Shown in pieces: positions 1 to 13,117 of a stretch of 64,000 nt of DNA. The stretch's first letter is position 1; every line of letters starts with the position of its first letter. Location of the stretch: positions 101,494,001 through 101,558,000 of the forward strand of contig OZ024742.1 of the NCBI GenBank assembly GCA_964016885.1, in the 5' to 3' direction. Source of the DNA: Eledone cirrhosa. Its lineage: Eukaryota. The notes beneath the pieces are model-generated. The model was given only the letters and a program-made list of their open reading frames with translations, was not told the origin of the DNA and made no database searches. Both the position numbers and the translations under genes were made by a program.

Positions 1-2679
1 ATGATGATATATACATATATATATGTATATATGCGTGTGTGCATAACAGAAAAGTGCCTTATGAAATAAAACATATCAAACTGTAGTTGCTTACAATTCT
101 AGTAAATATATATATATATATGGGTGTGTCTATAAATTTATTTACATTTCATCAGCACTTCTAGTTTTATTTCTTGCTGTCATTACTGTTATTACTGATG
201 CTCATTTTCTTTTTAAACACTATCATTTCATTTGGTTTCTAGGGAATTTTTTTTACTAACTTCTTTGGTTAACATTTTAAAAAAAATCTATTTTCTTGTA
301 ATAAACACTGTCTCAAGTAAAATTGTTCATGGACCCCTAAAATACTACTGTGGACATCCAATTTACTATTTTGCTTGTGTGGGCCCCAGTTGAGAACCAC
401 TGCTCTAAAAAGTAATATTTTCATTTATTTTTTACTATGTTTTGTGCTGAACAAATAGTGCATGTTGTTAGCACTGCTGAGTCAAGATAAACTTTTGAAA
501 AATGTCCATAGTGTGTTTTTACTTAAATGTCTAACATCAAAGTAACAGACACTGAAACTATTTCTAGTCAGGTGGGCCTGGATGAAGTGGATATGCAGTT
601 AGTATAGATTAGTAATAGTGAACGAATCTTTGCCAGTTTGTATGGCCTCCTAGGTTTTGGATGTAACATTTTTGTCCTAGATATAGGAGCATTACACTAA
701 CATATAGTGATAACAGAATAATGAGAAAAAGGTGCAAATTTTGATACAAGTATCAAATTTGATGTGAAAACTAATAAAAAATCAAAATCAACATCTGGTG
801 ACCTTCATCATCATCATGGCTTACTCTTTTTTCTGTTCCATGCTGGGACACCACTATATTTTTCAAAATGGCTGTTGTTCATAATAAGCTATTGTTATTT
901 GAAACATATATGCCAGTCTCCAAGATGGTGGACACTTTTCCAATATGGCAGCAAAGTTGTTCTATATTTAAATATTTACATTCATCATCATCATCATCAT
1001 CATCATTTTACATCTGCTTTTCAATGCTTTCATGAGTTGGATGAATCTTTTCCAGCTCAGCTTCCTTCCACTTATATCATCTCTGTGAGGTTCAGCATTT
1101 TGAAATTAGCTCTAACCACTTCTGCCCAAGTTTTTCTCGGTCTTCCTCTACTGGTATGTCTTCTCCCAGCATTCATCATCTATATACATCACAATTAATT
1201 AAATCTAGATTTTGTCAATATGGCCACAACATTGATGCTATATTTTTCAAAATGGCTTCCAAAGCTACAAATGATATTTCTTGTTCACAATAAGCTATTG
1301 TCACTTGAAACACATTTATTCGGACTAATTTAAATATGTAGAACTATCTTTTAGCACTTAAATTATGATTAAATCAACTGAGGTTTTTCCCAGTCAAAAA
1401 AATTCTAATGTTCATTTTACTCAAATGGGACAATAGCTTAGTAAATATATGTACAGACCCATAACTTCTAATGGAGCCATAGGGGCACTGTAACAGCTTA
1501 CGACAAGCCTTGGGGATTTAAAACCTGGTGGGGTCCATCCCTTTCAAGGTTTGAACACAGATATTTCCAGAGCAGAAAAGAGAGTAATAGAGAGGAAGTG
1601 AGAAAGAGATATAGAGGAAGAATCAACCCAATACTAGACAGGTACTTTTTTTAAGCTCGAAAGGATGAAAGGCAAAATTGACCTCAGTGAGATTTGAAGT
1701 CAGAGCACAGAATGGTTTCAATTGCAGATGGTTTGGTCAAAAGCATTCACGCTGTAATATGATAGTACTGGTGCCACAATAAAATGTACCCAGTACATTC
1801 TGTAATGTGGTTAGCATTAAGAAGGCATCCAAACCGAGAAACCACACCAAACTAGAATATATAAGCAGGATGTTGTCATCTGATCTGTCAAATTTCAGAA
1901 CGTGACAACCTGTCTAACCCGTAGCAGCATGGAAAACGGATGTAAAATGATGATGATATACGCATGATTATGAATATAAAACAGTAACAAACCGTTAAAA
2001 ACTTGAAATAGAAATAAAAGTAGACAAAAGTCTCAAGAAATAAACAAAAACAATAAATTTTCTTTCTGTTTTATTATAAATATAAATTAATATACAAAGG
2101 TATGTTTATTGTTTCAGTGATTGTAAGAAAGATAAACCTTTCATGTAATTTAATGTAATTATTGTGTGAAGATAAGGTTGAGACAGAATAATGTCTATAT
2201 CTAAAATATGCTGGAGGAATGTTTAGTTTCAATAGAAACTCTAATGTTGAAGTGTTATAGCCCCTGTCTTCTAACATCAGACAAGGTCTCTCTCTCTCTA
2301 CAGGCCTCAATCAGCTGAGGGGCCATTGTTCTACACCCTTAAACAACCACAACACCATTGCTCTATAATGTTTCAGTCAATTGAGGTATAATTGTTACTC
2401 TACATCCTCTGTGGTACCACTACCAAGCAGGAAATCAGCCAGTCAAATACTGTTACCCTATTTACCACTTATTAAAGGGTGGATACAAACCAAATAAACT
2501 ACATACTCACCAGGAAATGAGATAGATGAATAATTATAAATGCCACATCTTTCTCTGGTGAAGAATGTACGTCTCCACATAGTGACCATAAAGTAAGGGC
2601 CAGACAGACTCAGAGACAAAAGCTGATCTGGAGCAGAAAGACATGGAAGCTGAAAGAACCCTCAGCTTAAAACAAACTC

Positions 2680-2920
2680 AGAGCCAGCCAATGTACCATT
2701 ATTCTACGTACCAGAGCCAGCAAAGGTACCATTACTCTATGTACCAGAGCCAGCAAAAGTACCATGACCCTACATACCAGAGCCAGCCAATGTACTATTG
2801 CTGTACATACCAGAGTCAGCGAATGTATCAATACTCTACTTGCCTATTACTTTGAATACCAGAATCAGCTGAGGTACTGTTACCCTATTTAGTAGAGTCA
2901 GCAAAGGTATTATTACTTTA
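2680..2920. repeat. 33-bp minisatellite (~7 units)
   Basis: GAGCCAGC(C/A)A recurs at 2681, 2714, 2747 and 2780. Confidence 0.85.
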
Positions 2921-3116
2921 CCTGTCACTCACTTGTGGAACCAAGTCACTTCATAGATATGTGTTTCATGTTAAAAAGATAATAATAATATACAATCTTT
3001 TGCTCCAATTATACAATTTACATATAAATCTCCAAATCTGCTGAACTACTTTGCTCATGCAAGATATGGAATCTAGGTGGGAAGAAAAAAATTAGAATCG
3101 AATGTTATAGAAGGCC

Positions 3117-3254
3117 TTAAGACCGAAGTGTCCGGAAGCGTCTTAAAGGTCTTGGTAAATGGAGACTGCGTTGTACCTTGGTTGGAGGAGCAGCAGGCAT
3201 GGGGTTTCTTAATCCAAACTCATTTTCATAAATCCTTGGATATAATTTCTGAAA
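3117..3254 (-). CDS. DEPDC1: DEPDC1 exon 12 (last coding exon, TAA stop)
   Basis: ctattag acceptor. FQKLYPRIYENEFGLRNPMPAAPPTKVQRSLHLPRPLRRFRTLRS*. FQKxYPxIY is the family C-terminal motif. Confidence 0.9.
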   Translation of the reverse strand, partial: FQKLYPRIYENEFGLRNPMPAAPPTKVQRSLHLPRPLRRFRTLRS

Positions 3255-4122
3255 CTAATAGAAGAAAGACTCATGGTAAAATGATGAAAGAAAATTATTT
3301 TAAAATTCTATTATTAATTATGGATAGGCAATGTTGTTAGAGCGTCAGACAAATGCATAGCAATGTTTGCTCTTGCTTTTTACATTCTAAGTTTATCCAT
3401 CAATAAAATAAAGTACCAGTAAAGTACTGAGAGATTGATTCCACCAACTTTCTGTCCTCAAATTGCTGGCCTTATGCCTAAATTAGAAATCATTATTATT
3501 CCAGGCAGTAAATTTACAAAGAAATCCTAATGTGGTGCTCAATATACCCTATGAAAATTTGAATAGTAGCATAGAACAATTAAAGCTTACTGTAATTACT
3601 AAGATATATCCTTAACGAGGGTAGAGATTACCGTGTTTTTCTTAATCTATCTCAAAGAAAATAAGTATCACTATCACTACAGGTTGTGTGCTTATGAGTA
3701 AAAAGTTGCATACTACACCAGAAAAAAATATCTAAATAATATAAAACTATTTGAAAATGTTTTCATTATTAGGCAGCTGGATTGACAGTATCAGTAGAGC
3801 GTCAGACGCCATGCTTTGCTGCAAAGAGTTACAGCCCTTTATGATCTGAGTTCAAATCCCGCCAAGGTTAACTTTGCTTTTCATCCTTACGGGGTCGATA
3901 AAATAAAGTACCAGTAATGCACTGAGGCAATTGCTGGCCTCGTGCCAAAAGTAGAAACAATTATTAGGCAGCTATAAGGGTGGTGGGTTGACGGAATTAT
4001 CAGAGCAGTGAAGAAAAGTGTTTGTAACATTTAGTTATGACACTTTACATTCTGATTTCAAATCCTGTTGAGGTCAGCTTTGCTTTTCATCCTTCTGAGA
4101 TCAATAAAGTATTAACTTTGAT

Positions 4123-4328
4123 TTAACCTTTTAGCATTTACATTACTCCATATTTACTATTGTATTTTCATGGTAAACACTTTATCTCACATAATATCGA
4201 ATCTATGAGATTTTGATATTATTTATTTTGGGAACAATACCTTAACATCAGTATGAGCGGCTGGTTACAGCCTGTTTGAACAGAAAGAGGTGAGAGGATT
4301 CTGGCCGGTTTAAATGCTAAAGGGTTAA
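4123..4328. mobile_element. piggyBac-type MITE (copies 9216-9431 and, inverted, 20674-20878)
   Basis: TTAA on both sides. TIR CC(C/T)TTTAGCATTTA...TAAATGCTAAAGGG. Three highly similar ~200-bp copies. Confidence 0.85.
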
Positions 4329-5021
4329 TCAACTTTTCCCTCCTCTCCAAAATGACTGGCCTTATGTTTATGCTAAAAACTATCATTAGGTAGTTATTAA
4401 TGGAAAACTCATCAACATTTTTATAACATAACAAAAGTCATCCTTTCCCTTAATTATATTGTTACACAAAATATTACATGTTTACAGTTAAATAACACAT
4501 GCAAACCTTGAAAACAGATATTATACAAAATGTTGTTTATTTGGCAATGGCATTTCTTTAACATCCTACAATGATTTAGCAGAAAATATCTAAAATGTTT
4601 ATAGTATTTTCACTATTGGACAGGCGGAAAATTGGTGTGTGAAGATTTGTAATATTAAAGACTTTAATTGTGAATGTGATGTAGTTTCATGTGGTTTATT
4701 AATTCAAATGCTTATAGTATCTTTACTAGTGGATAGATTGTTGTGGAAATTACAATAGAGTAAAGACATTAATTTTTAATGTGATGAAGTTCATAATCCT
4801 GTTTTGTACTTTACAAGAATGTTTTACTAATGCAGTTTCATGTAGCAGAGGCTATTAAGAGTTAATAAATTAAATTATTGTACAATGCATTATCAATTAT
4901 TGTAAATGCTGATAATGTTGGATAGTTTTACAAATAACAACCATCTAATAAAATTAATGTTAGTGACACTCAACTTGGTAAGTAGAGGGCAGAATGCTAC
5001 AATTTAGAATTGAACCAATGA

Positions 5022-5204
5022 TATATGGGAGTAGGCTGAAAAGTTCAAAGGCTAACTATGAAGGAGTGATGCTAGAGCTGTGAAATCTTGCATGCATTAA
5101 TTTCTATTCTTCTTATGTATAAATTTCTTTCCAGGGATTATATTAAAAAATAAACCTCATTTGGTCATTCCATGCGAGTATCTTGGTCAGCCTACCCTCA
5201 TATA
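5022..5204. mobile_element. Tc1/mariner-type MITE relic
   Basis: TA-flanked imperfect TIRs TATGGGAGTAGGCTGA ... TCAGCCTACCCTCATA. Confidence 0.55.
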
Positions 5205-5233
5205 AAACCAATAGCCTAAAAACTTATAGTAAG

Positions 5234-5975
5234 AAAGTAATAATTGTTTCAAATTTTGGCACAAGGCCAGCAATTACACAGTGTATTACTGGTACTTTAT
5301 TTTATCGACCCCGTAAGGATGAAAGGCAAAGAAAGTAATAATGATTTCTAATTTAGGCACAAGGCCAGCAATTTTCTTTCTTTTTTTTAAGCGGGGGGGG
5401 GGGGGGGGTAAATTGACCCCTGCACTTGACTGGTATTTTATTTTATCAACCCAAGAAGGATGAAAAGAAAATTTTACCATAGCAGGATTTGAACTCAGAA
5501 TTTTTGAAAGTTGTAACTAAATAGCACAACATATTTTGTCCAGTGCTCTACTGATTCTACCAATCCACTGCCCCTTAGAAAGTAATAATTGTTTCTAACA
5601 TATTCACAAGAGCTGTAATTTTGAGGAAGGAGAAAGTCGATTAAAACAACCCCAGTACTTGACTGGTACTTATTTTATCAAACCCAGAATGATGAAAGAC
5701 AAAGTTGACCTTGGTGGGATTTGAACTCAGAATGTAAAGAGCCAGAACAAATACTGCAAGGCATTTATCCAATGCCCTAACAATTCTGCCAACCCACCAC
5801 CCTCACTAAGAAAAGTAATAATTGTTTCTACCTTTGGCACAAGGCCACCAATTATCCCAGTGCATTACTGGTGCTTTATTTTATCGACCCCATAAGGATG
5901 AAAGGCAAAGTTAACCTAGTGGGATTTGAACTCAGTAAAGGGCCGAGTTCAAATCCCGCCGAGGAAAGTAATAAT
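5234..5975 (-). mobile_element. Stack of four MetaSINE-like elements
   Basis: Each has the core GCCTTTCATCCTT.CGGGGTCGATAAAATAAAGTACCAG (reverse strand). Units are separated by AAAGTAATAAT. Confidence 0.82.
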
Positions 5976-6037
5976 TAATGCTAGGTTCAGTACTTTAACA
6001 ATAAGCTAGATTTTCCAAAATAAATAAAGTTCCTTAC

Positions 6038-6211
6038 CTCGCTTAACTTTTTGCTTTTCTCCTTGATACTCATCTTTTCATCAGCAACAATTTTCTTCAA
6101 AAGATCTCGAAGAGCATCAGTAGAATGCTGTAATGATTCTTTCTCATAGAGAGACAGAGGAATCTGTTTACAGTAAGTTGTAGACCCCTTATCATCAGAA
6201 GAGTAGACAAC
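6038..6211 (-). CDS. DEPDC1: DEPDC1 exon 11
   Basis: tattcag acceptor. VVYSSDDKGSTTYCKQIPLSLYEKESLQHSTDALRDLLKKIVADEKMSIKEKSKKLSE. GTAAGG donor. 174 nt. Not in the ORF track. Confidence 0.92.
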
Positions 6212-7795
6212 CTGAATAAATAACCAATTTAGTAATATAACTAAAACAAAAAAACTTATACGTAAACATATTCCAAAATGTTGATAGATTTAACAATAAT
6301 ATATGACTTATTTGAAAATGTGAGCGTCCCAAAGGCAGAAAATAACTGTAATAACAGTCGAACACTAATTACAGTTGAGAAATTGGGTAATTTACCTTGA
6401 GAGACGGAAAGAATTGGACAGAGGTGCAGATGAAGAATCAAACCCCATATCTCTTTAATATACTTTATTATTATTATTATTATTACTTGCAAATAATTTG
6501 ATCAACACTGGGTTGACTTTGTTTACTAAAGTACAGGATTTTTTAGGAATATGCTAAGAAAATTAAAAAATGTGACTAATGAATAAAAAGGTTAAACTTA
6601 TGTTAGTCACTTTTGTCTTTGTCATGTAGTATATAGTATGGATCTTTGTATGTCTAACTGTTAAGCAGTGAGATCTCTATTTATGAAGGATGTAAACAAA
6701 TATCACCACCTGTGGTGTTGAAATCAAAGAGAAGAGAAGAAGCAAACACACAGACAGAACATATATAAACGTAAGACAGGTTTCCTTACAATTTTCATCT
6801 ACCAAATTAATTCAAAGCATCTTTTGGCCCGAGCCTATGCTAGGAGACACGTAATGTGTCATACAAAAGGATAGAACTTAAGACCACACAGTTTATATGG
6901 TTACACAACTAAAAGTCTGTCTTGAACCCAGAGGCTCATCAAAACAGAGCTTATCCCGGTACAAGACTCCTCCTCAATAGGACACCAATCCATCACAGAG
7001 TTAAACTCCCAACTATTGCTGGTACTAATTTTCAGTTGAGTATACTGGAGCAACATGAAATGAAGTGTTTTGTTCAAGAATACAACACACAACTCAGTCC
7101 AGGAATCAAACCCACATCATTATTATCGTAGCAACAACACCCTTACCACCAGGCCATATGCCTCCATGGTTACCCAACTGAAAAAAAAAACTTATTTTCT
7201 CACAAGCAAACAAGGGAGTTTCTGCGTCATCATTCTCAACTTGCTTGAAACAGCAGCCAAACATTAGACATTATCATCATTGAATATATAGAAATAGATG
7301 GGTTAATCATGACTGGAATGTCTTTCATCATAGGTTTGTCCAATCAGTGCAGTTACTTGCTCTACTTTAACCATTTTGTTGCTATATTTTTAATGAAAGA
7401 CACTGCCCATGATTTTCAAATAATTTTGAAAATAATAATTTCAAGGAATTTAGTGATATAACTAATGTTCACATGATTAAGTTGGTGTTTGAAGTATAAC
7501 TTAAAGGTAATATTTGATTATGAAGGTTTTCAGACAAATATAAACACTTTAAAACAAACAACATTGTATTGTAGAATGTGTGAAGTTTCAAGCAGTTTGG
7601 TATTAAAAGGATTAATATGTTCTTAGCAAGAACATTCAGATAACAACTATGGCAATTTACATAAACATTAAAATAGGCAATCTTATCTAAATCAGTAACT
7701 GAAAAACGTAAACTAGAACATATATCAATGTAGTACACACATGAATGTTGTTGCATTAACCCTCCCACACACACACATATATACATACATATATA

Positions 7796-8304
<509 letters not shown>

Positions 8305-8349
8305 GTACATACATATATGTACACATTTTTGGGGACAAACTCTGTGTGA

Positions 8350-8392
<43 letters not shown>

Positions 8393-8547
8393 CACACACA
8401 TATACACTCACAGAGTTTGTCCCAAAAAATGTATACAAACTTCAACATAAATATAATCAAAGTGTGTATACATTTTTTAAATATATATTATATATCATCA
8501 TCATCATCATCTTCGTTTAACGTCCATCTTCCACGCTAGCGTGGGTT

Positions 8548-8603
<56 letters not shown>

Positions 8604-10379
8604 TAATAGTTTGGTAAAGATATCAAAGTGTATATATATATTGTAAATTAGTAAGGGAATAAGTAAATAGCAATGGGGAGAAACACTGAAAATATCATTT
8701 TACAGTTCAATTCATCCATCCACAAGCTTAATTGAAATAAACCTGATTCTTCGAAGTGGCAGCACTTAATGTACATTAAAAGGTTTTAAATCTAGCTGTA
8801 TACTTGATATTAAGAATTATTCTACGAGTGAAAATAGGAACCACTTCACATATGGAAAAATGATCAATACAGAAAAAAATATATATTTAAGTTGGTAGGA
8901 TAACCTAACCTACCCCAGCATAGCAACAAAAAAAAAATCAATAAGATATTTATAGTTGATATTCATTTATTTATTTTATTTTGCAATTTTCTGAACAATA
9001 GCAATATTAAAATACAAGTTTCTAATAGACCAATCACTGGTTCACCATAAATCTGATGGCAAAAGAAACAAGGGAGTATTTGTACCTTGGTGCAGAATAA
9101 ATATCTAAAGGGATTTGCTTAGTTAGTGTTTGCTTTTAATTGGGTCAATAAATAAAAACATATTTATTTTAACCACTTCCAAACAGATGGATGTCGCAAT
9201 TAATATTAATTTGATTTAACCCTTTAGCATTCACATTACTCTATATTTACTATTGTATTTTTGTGGTAAACACTTTTCCTCACATAATATCAAATCTATG
9301 AGATTTTGATATTATTTATTTTGAGAACAATACCTTAACATCAGTATGAGCAGCTGGTTACAGCCAGTTTGGACAGAAAGCGGTGAGAGAATTCTGGCTG
9401 TATACGGCCAGTTTAAATACTAAAGGTTTAAACACAAAATGTTTTTAAAATGACACTAAATACTGTTGTTGGTTTAGTCTAGGAATACAAAACATTAAAA
9501 GGATTGGAATACAACATTTTTTAAAAGATGAATATAGGTATGTTCTGAATAGTTACAAAATTTATTTTTCTGAAAAAATTTGAAAAATAACTAAGTGCCA
9601 AAACTTAAGATATATAATTTAGAGTTGATTATAGTGGTCATGTAGGTATCACGACAAAAGCGGCCAGTCCACACTGTAAATGTGGTTGGCGTTAGGAAGA
9701 ACATCCAGCTGTAGAAACCAAGCCAAAATCAGTTCTGTGTAAGTAAATCACGGTCCCCTGACCTAATCTCTCACAAAGGGACAAACCGTCCTACCCATGC
9801 TAGCATAGAAGATGGACGTTAAACGATGATGATGATATTAGCAATTTTGTTATCAAGTTTCTAATGAAAGACACTTCAAATGAAAGACACAACCTATGAT
9901 TTTCAAATAATTTTGAAAATAATCAAGAATTTGGAGGAATTTAGTAATTTAACTAACTTTCTCACTATTTGGTGTTTGGAGTACAACTTAAATGTTCTTA
10001 CATAAAATTATGATGGAAGGTTTTTAGATAAATATAAACACTTTAAAATAAACAATTCTGTATTGTAGAACCAAGGTGCAGTTTCAGGTGGCTTGGTAAT
10101 GAAAGGATTAATCCTTTAAATATAAGGAATGAGTTGGCAATTATCACATTGTCAGTATCTGATTCAAGTCTATGAAGATCAACTTTCCTTTTGATCCTTT
10201 TGGGTTGATAGTCCAGTACTGGGATTGATTCATCTTCAACTCCTTCCTCCCTCCTGCCTCTCAGGAAGCAATGAGTTTTTTGGGGGGGTTTTCTAAACAA
10301 TAACTAACTTTAGTTTTTTTTTAAATTAATCAATATATATATGTATGTATATGACTGATAAAATGACAAGTCAATCAAT

Positions 10380-10720
10380 CATATTGGTGGCCTCCGCACA
10401 GCCCCGGTGGACAGAATGGAGAAGGCGTTTCCACGGAGGATGGCAAGGGAGACGCGCTGGAAAAGCCATTCCAGCTCGTGAGGCTGGCCAGCTCAGCGCA
10501 TATGGTGGTGAGTATGGAGGTACCCCGAGGGCCAAGGACACCAGAAGTATCCACTGCCAAGGGTACAACTGCAAACCTGTCGGAGAGCGACCGGTATTTG
10601 AAGAGTTTGCCCTCCTCAGCCCAACATGCAGCAGAACCTGGGTTAGTCACAGACTGCACCAAGTTGCGGCTGACCTGAACTTTAAAATGACAATGTCCCT
10701 ATGACTCCCATCAGAAGTTG
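10380..10720 (-). mobile_element. CRE-like (RLE-type) non-LTR retrotransposon 3' fragment
   Basis: ORF 10375..10662 KLFKYRSLSDRFAVVPLAVDTSGVLGP fits the KxxKY...P.A.ET.G RLE motif. Confidence 0.6.
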
Positions 10721-11589
10721 AGGACAAAAGAAAGGAACCCTTTGAATATATATTGGTAAACAATGTATTGCTAATGTAAAGTAAGTGATATTTTGTTGTT
10801 TTAACTGATTGATCATCGTTTAACGTCTACTTTCCACACTAGCATGGGTTAGACGGGTTTGTCCTATTTGAGGCAAGTTTGGTCGGGTGACTGTGTCTCG
10901 CTCATATAGGACTGTCTTTAACTGGGTTTCTACAGCTGGATGCCCTTTCCAACACCCACATTTATAATTTGGGTTGGGAGCTTTTTGCTGTGTTTCCTAT
11001 ATGACCACTTTACAGTGTGGACTGGGTGCTTTTATAAACAAACACACTTAGAAAAAATAATTATTACATTCACACACATCTTAGTGATGACTGAGGAAGG
11101 AGGAGAATGAGAAACTATAGATGTCCAGCATTCTAAGATTTGTCACAGCTGTGTTTGTGTTTGTGTTTGTATCACTTGTGTAAGTGAGTACACGGGAACC
11201 AACCAACCAACAAACAAACAAACATCACTTTTTTATATTATGTATAGATATTACAATTAGCCATCATTTTTGATGGCACAGGGCTAGCTAGTTATACATA
11301 AAAGACACTAATTTACAACAACAAGATTGTATCAGTGGTGGCAAATTAAATATGCTAAGTAACAATGAAAGAATTTAACAGTAGTGAAAGCTTTTAATAA
11401 ACAACAACAACAATAAATGTTTTATAATGTATTTACGACAAGCTTTAATTTACCAAAAATTGCCAAAAATACATAAAAAAATATTTTAAAAATTTGGCGT
11501 ATGTTTCATGACTTAAATAATAATTACAAATTGGAAAATATAAAAAAAAAATTATATGAAATAATTTAACAATACTGAGCAGAAAGACT

Positions 11590-11626
<37 letters not shown>

Positions 11627-12099
11627 AAGAAAGAAAATAAAAGTATAAGTAAATATTTTGGATCCAATGAATTTCAAACTGTTTTAGCTATGAAATGTTT
11701 TATTTATTTTTTGCTTTCCTGTACTGTCAAATTTTACCTGTATTCTACCCATTGTTGATATATCTGTTCTTTATAGTAGATTTGACTTATTTAATAAATA
11801 TAACTGATTTCTATTTCGTTATGACATTTTATCTAAGAACCTTCTTGTTATGTTCCAAACACCAGCTTGGTAACAACCAGGTTCATTGTTTTACTAAATT
11901 CTTCCAAATGCTTGAATATTTCAGAAGTTAAAGAAATATGGCCATGAAAGGGATAAATGAAAACATTAAATAAAAGAAAACTGGAGAGGGGGATATCACA
12001 GCTTCCAAAAACCAATTTAACATCTTAAATTTCAGGCAACCATAACGATATAACTTTTCATGAACAGTTGCATGTAAAAAGAAATCCTTTGCTGCTAAC

Positions 12100-12525
12100 A
12101 GAGCATCCAGTACACTCTAGTGCTGTAACAAAAAGAAACGTAGTACACTCTGTAAAGTGTTAGTGTTGGTGCCATGATAAAAAGTAAACAGTACACTTTG
12201 CAAAGTGCTAGTGCTATGACAAAAGAACACCAAAGTGGTAATGCTAGTGTCACAATAAAAAACACCCAGTACACTCTGTAAAGTGATAATGCTAGTGTCA
12301 CGATAAAAAGCACCCAGTACACTCTGTAAAGTGGCAGTGCTTGTGCCATGATAAAATACACCCAGATACCCTGTAAAGTGGTAGTGCTAATACCACAACA
12401 AAAGCACCTAGTATACTGTAAAGTGGTAGTGCTGGTGCTATGACAAGAAGTATGCAGTGCACTCTGTAAAGTGGTAATGCTGGTGCCATGATAAAAAGCA
12501 CCTAATACACTCTGTAAAGTGGTTG
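12100..12525. repeat. 48-bp tandem expansion inside an RTE/SINE 3' region (~9 units)
   Basis: CACCCAG recurs at 12263, 12311 and 12359. The array runs into the GGAAGGGCA block and RTE-type tail. Confidence 0.85.
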
Positions 12526-13117
12526 GCATTTGGAAGGGCACCTAGCCATAGAAACCAAACCAAAACAAAATGTATGAGCAAGACATGGTCCGGCCTCAAA
12601 ATGTGACAACCTGCCTAACCCATGCCAGTATGGAAAATAGATGTTAAACGGGGATGATGATGTTGATGAATTAAAAATTAGAGAAAACACTTCCAACTAC
12701 AGTTGATAAACTGAGATAAATAAATACCAATCTTGCTTTATAGAAGTAAAAAACATTTTAAATGAAATCCAAAAGATCCTTATTACTTTTAAGAAGAAAG
12801 TTGAGGCAGATAAATCACAATCCCTACATGACTAGCAATATTGATGTAAATGTGGACACAGACACAAAGACAAAACACACACACAGATACACACATAGAC
12901 ACACACACATATACTCACACAAGAACACAGATACACACACACAGAGTCAATATCAGCATGTTAATATTTTTCTATCAGATAAGTAACATAAAGGACTCTT
13001 AACTCCTGATAGTCACAGAAGCGCCGTCTTGACACATAGTGTCTTGGGCATATTAAATCTGGCGGAGCCCATCCCTCTCCAGCTCTGAACATAACTAATT
13101 CTGATTTATCAACATGA

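Noticed and set aside
764-1198. 144-aa His-rich ORF
   Set aside because: The His runs come from (CAT)n retroelement tails. No splice context or domain.
2060-2115. Minus-strand AATAAA hexamers as DEPDC1 poly(A) signals
   Set aside because: Too frequent in AT-rich DNA to assign without transcript data.
11091-11125. CTGAGGA...GAAAC hammerhead-like core
   Set aside because: No stem II or stem I pairing and no valid cleavage triplet.
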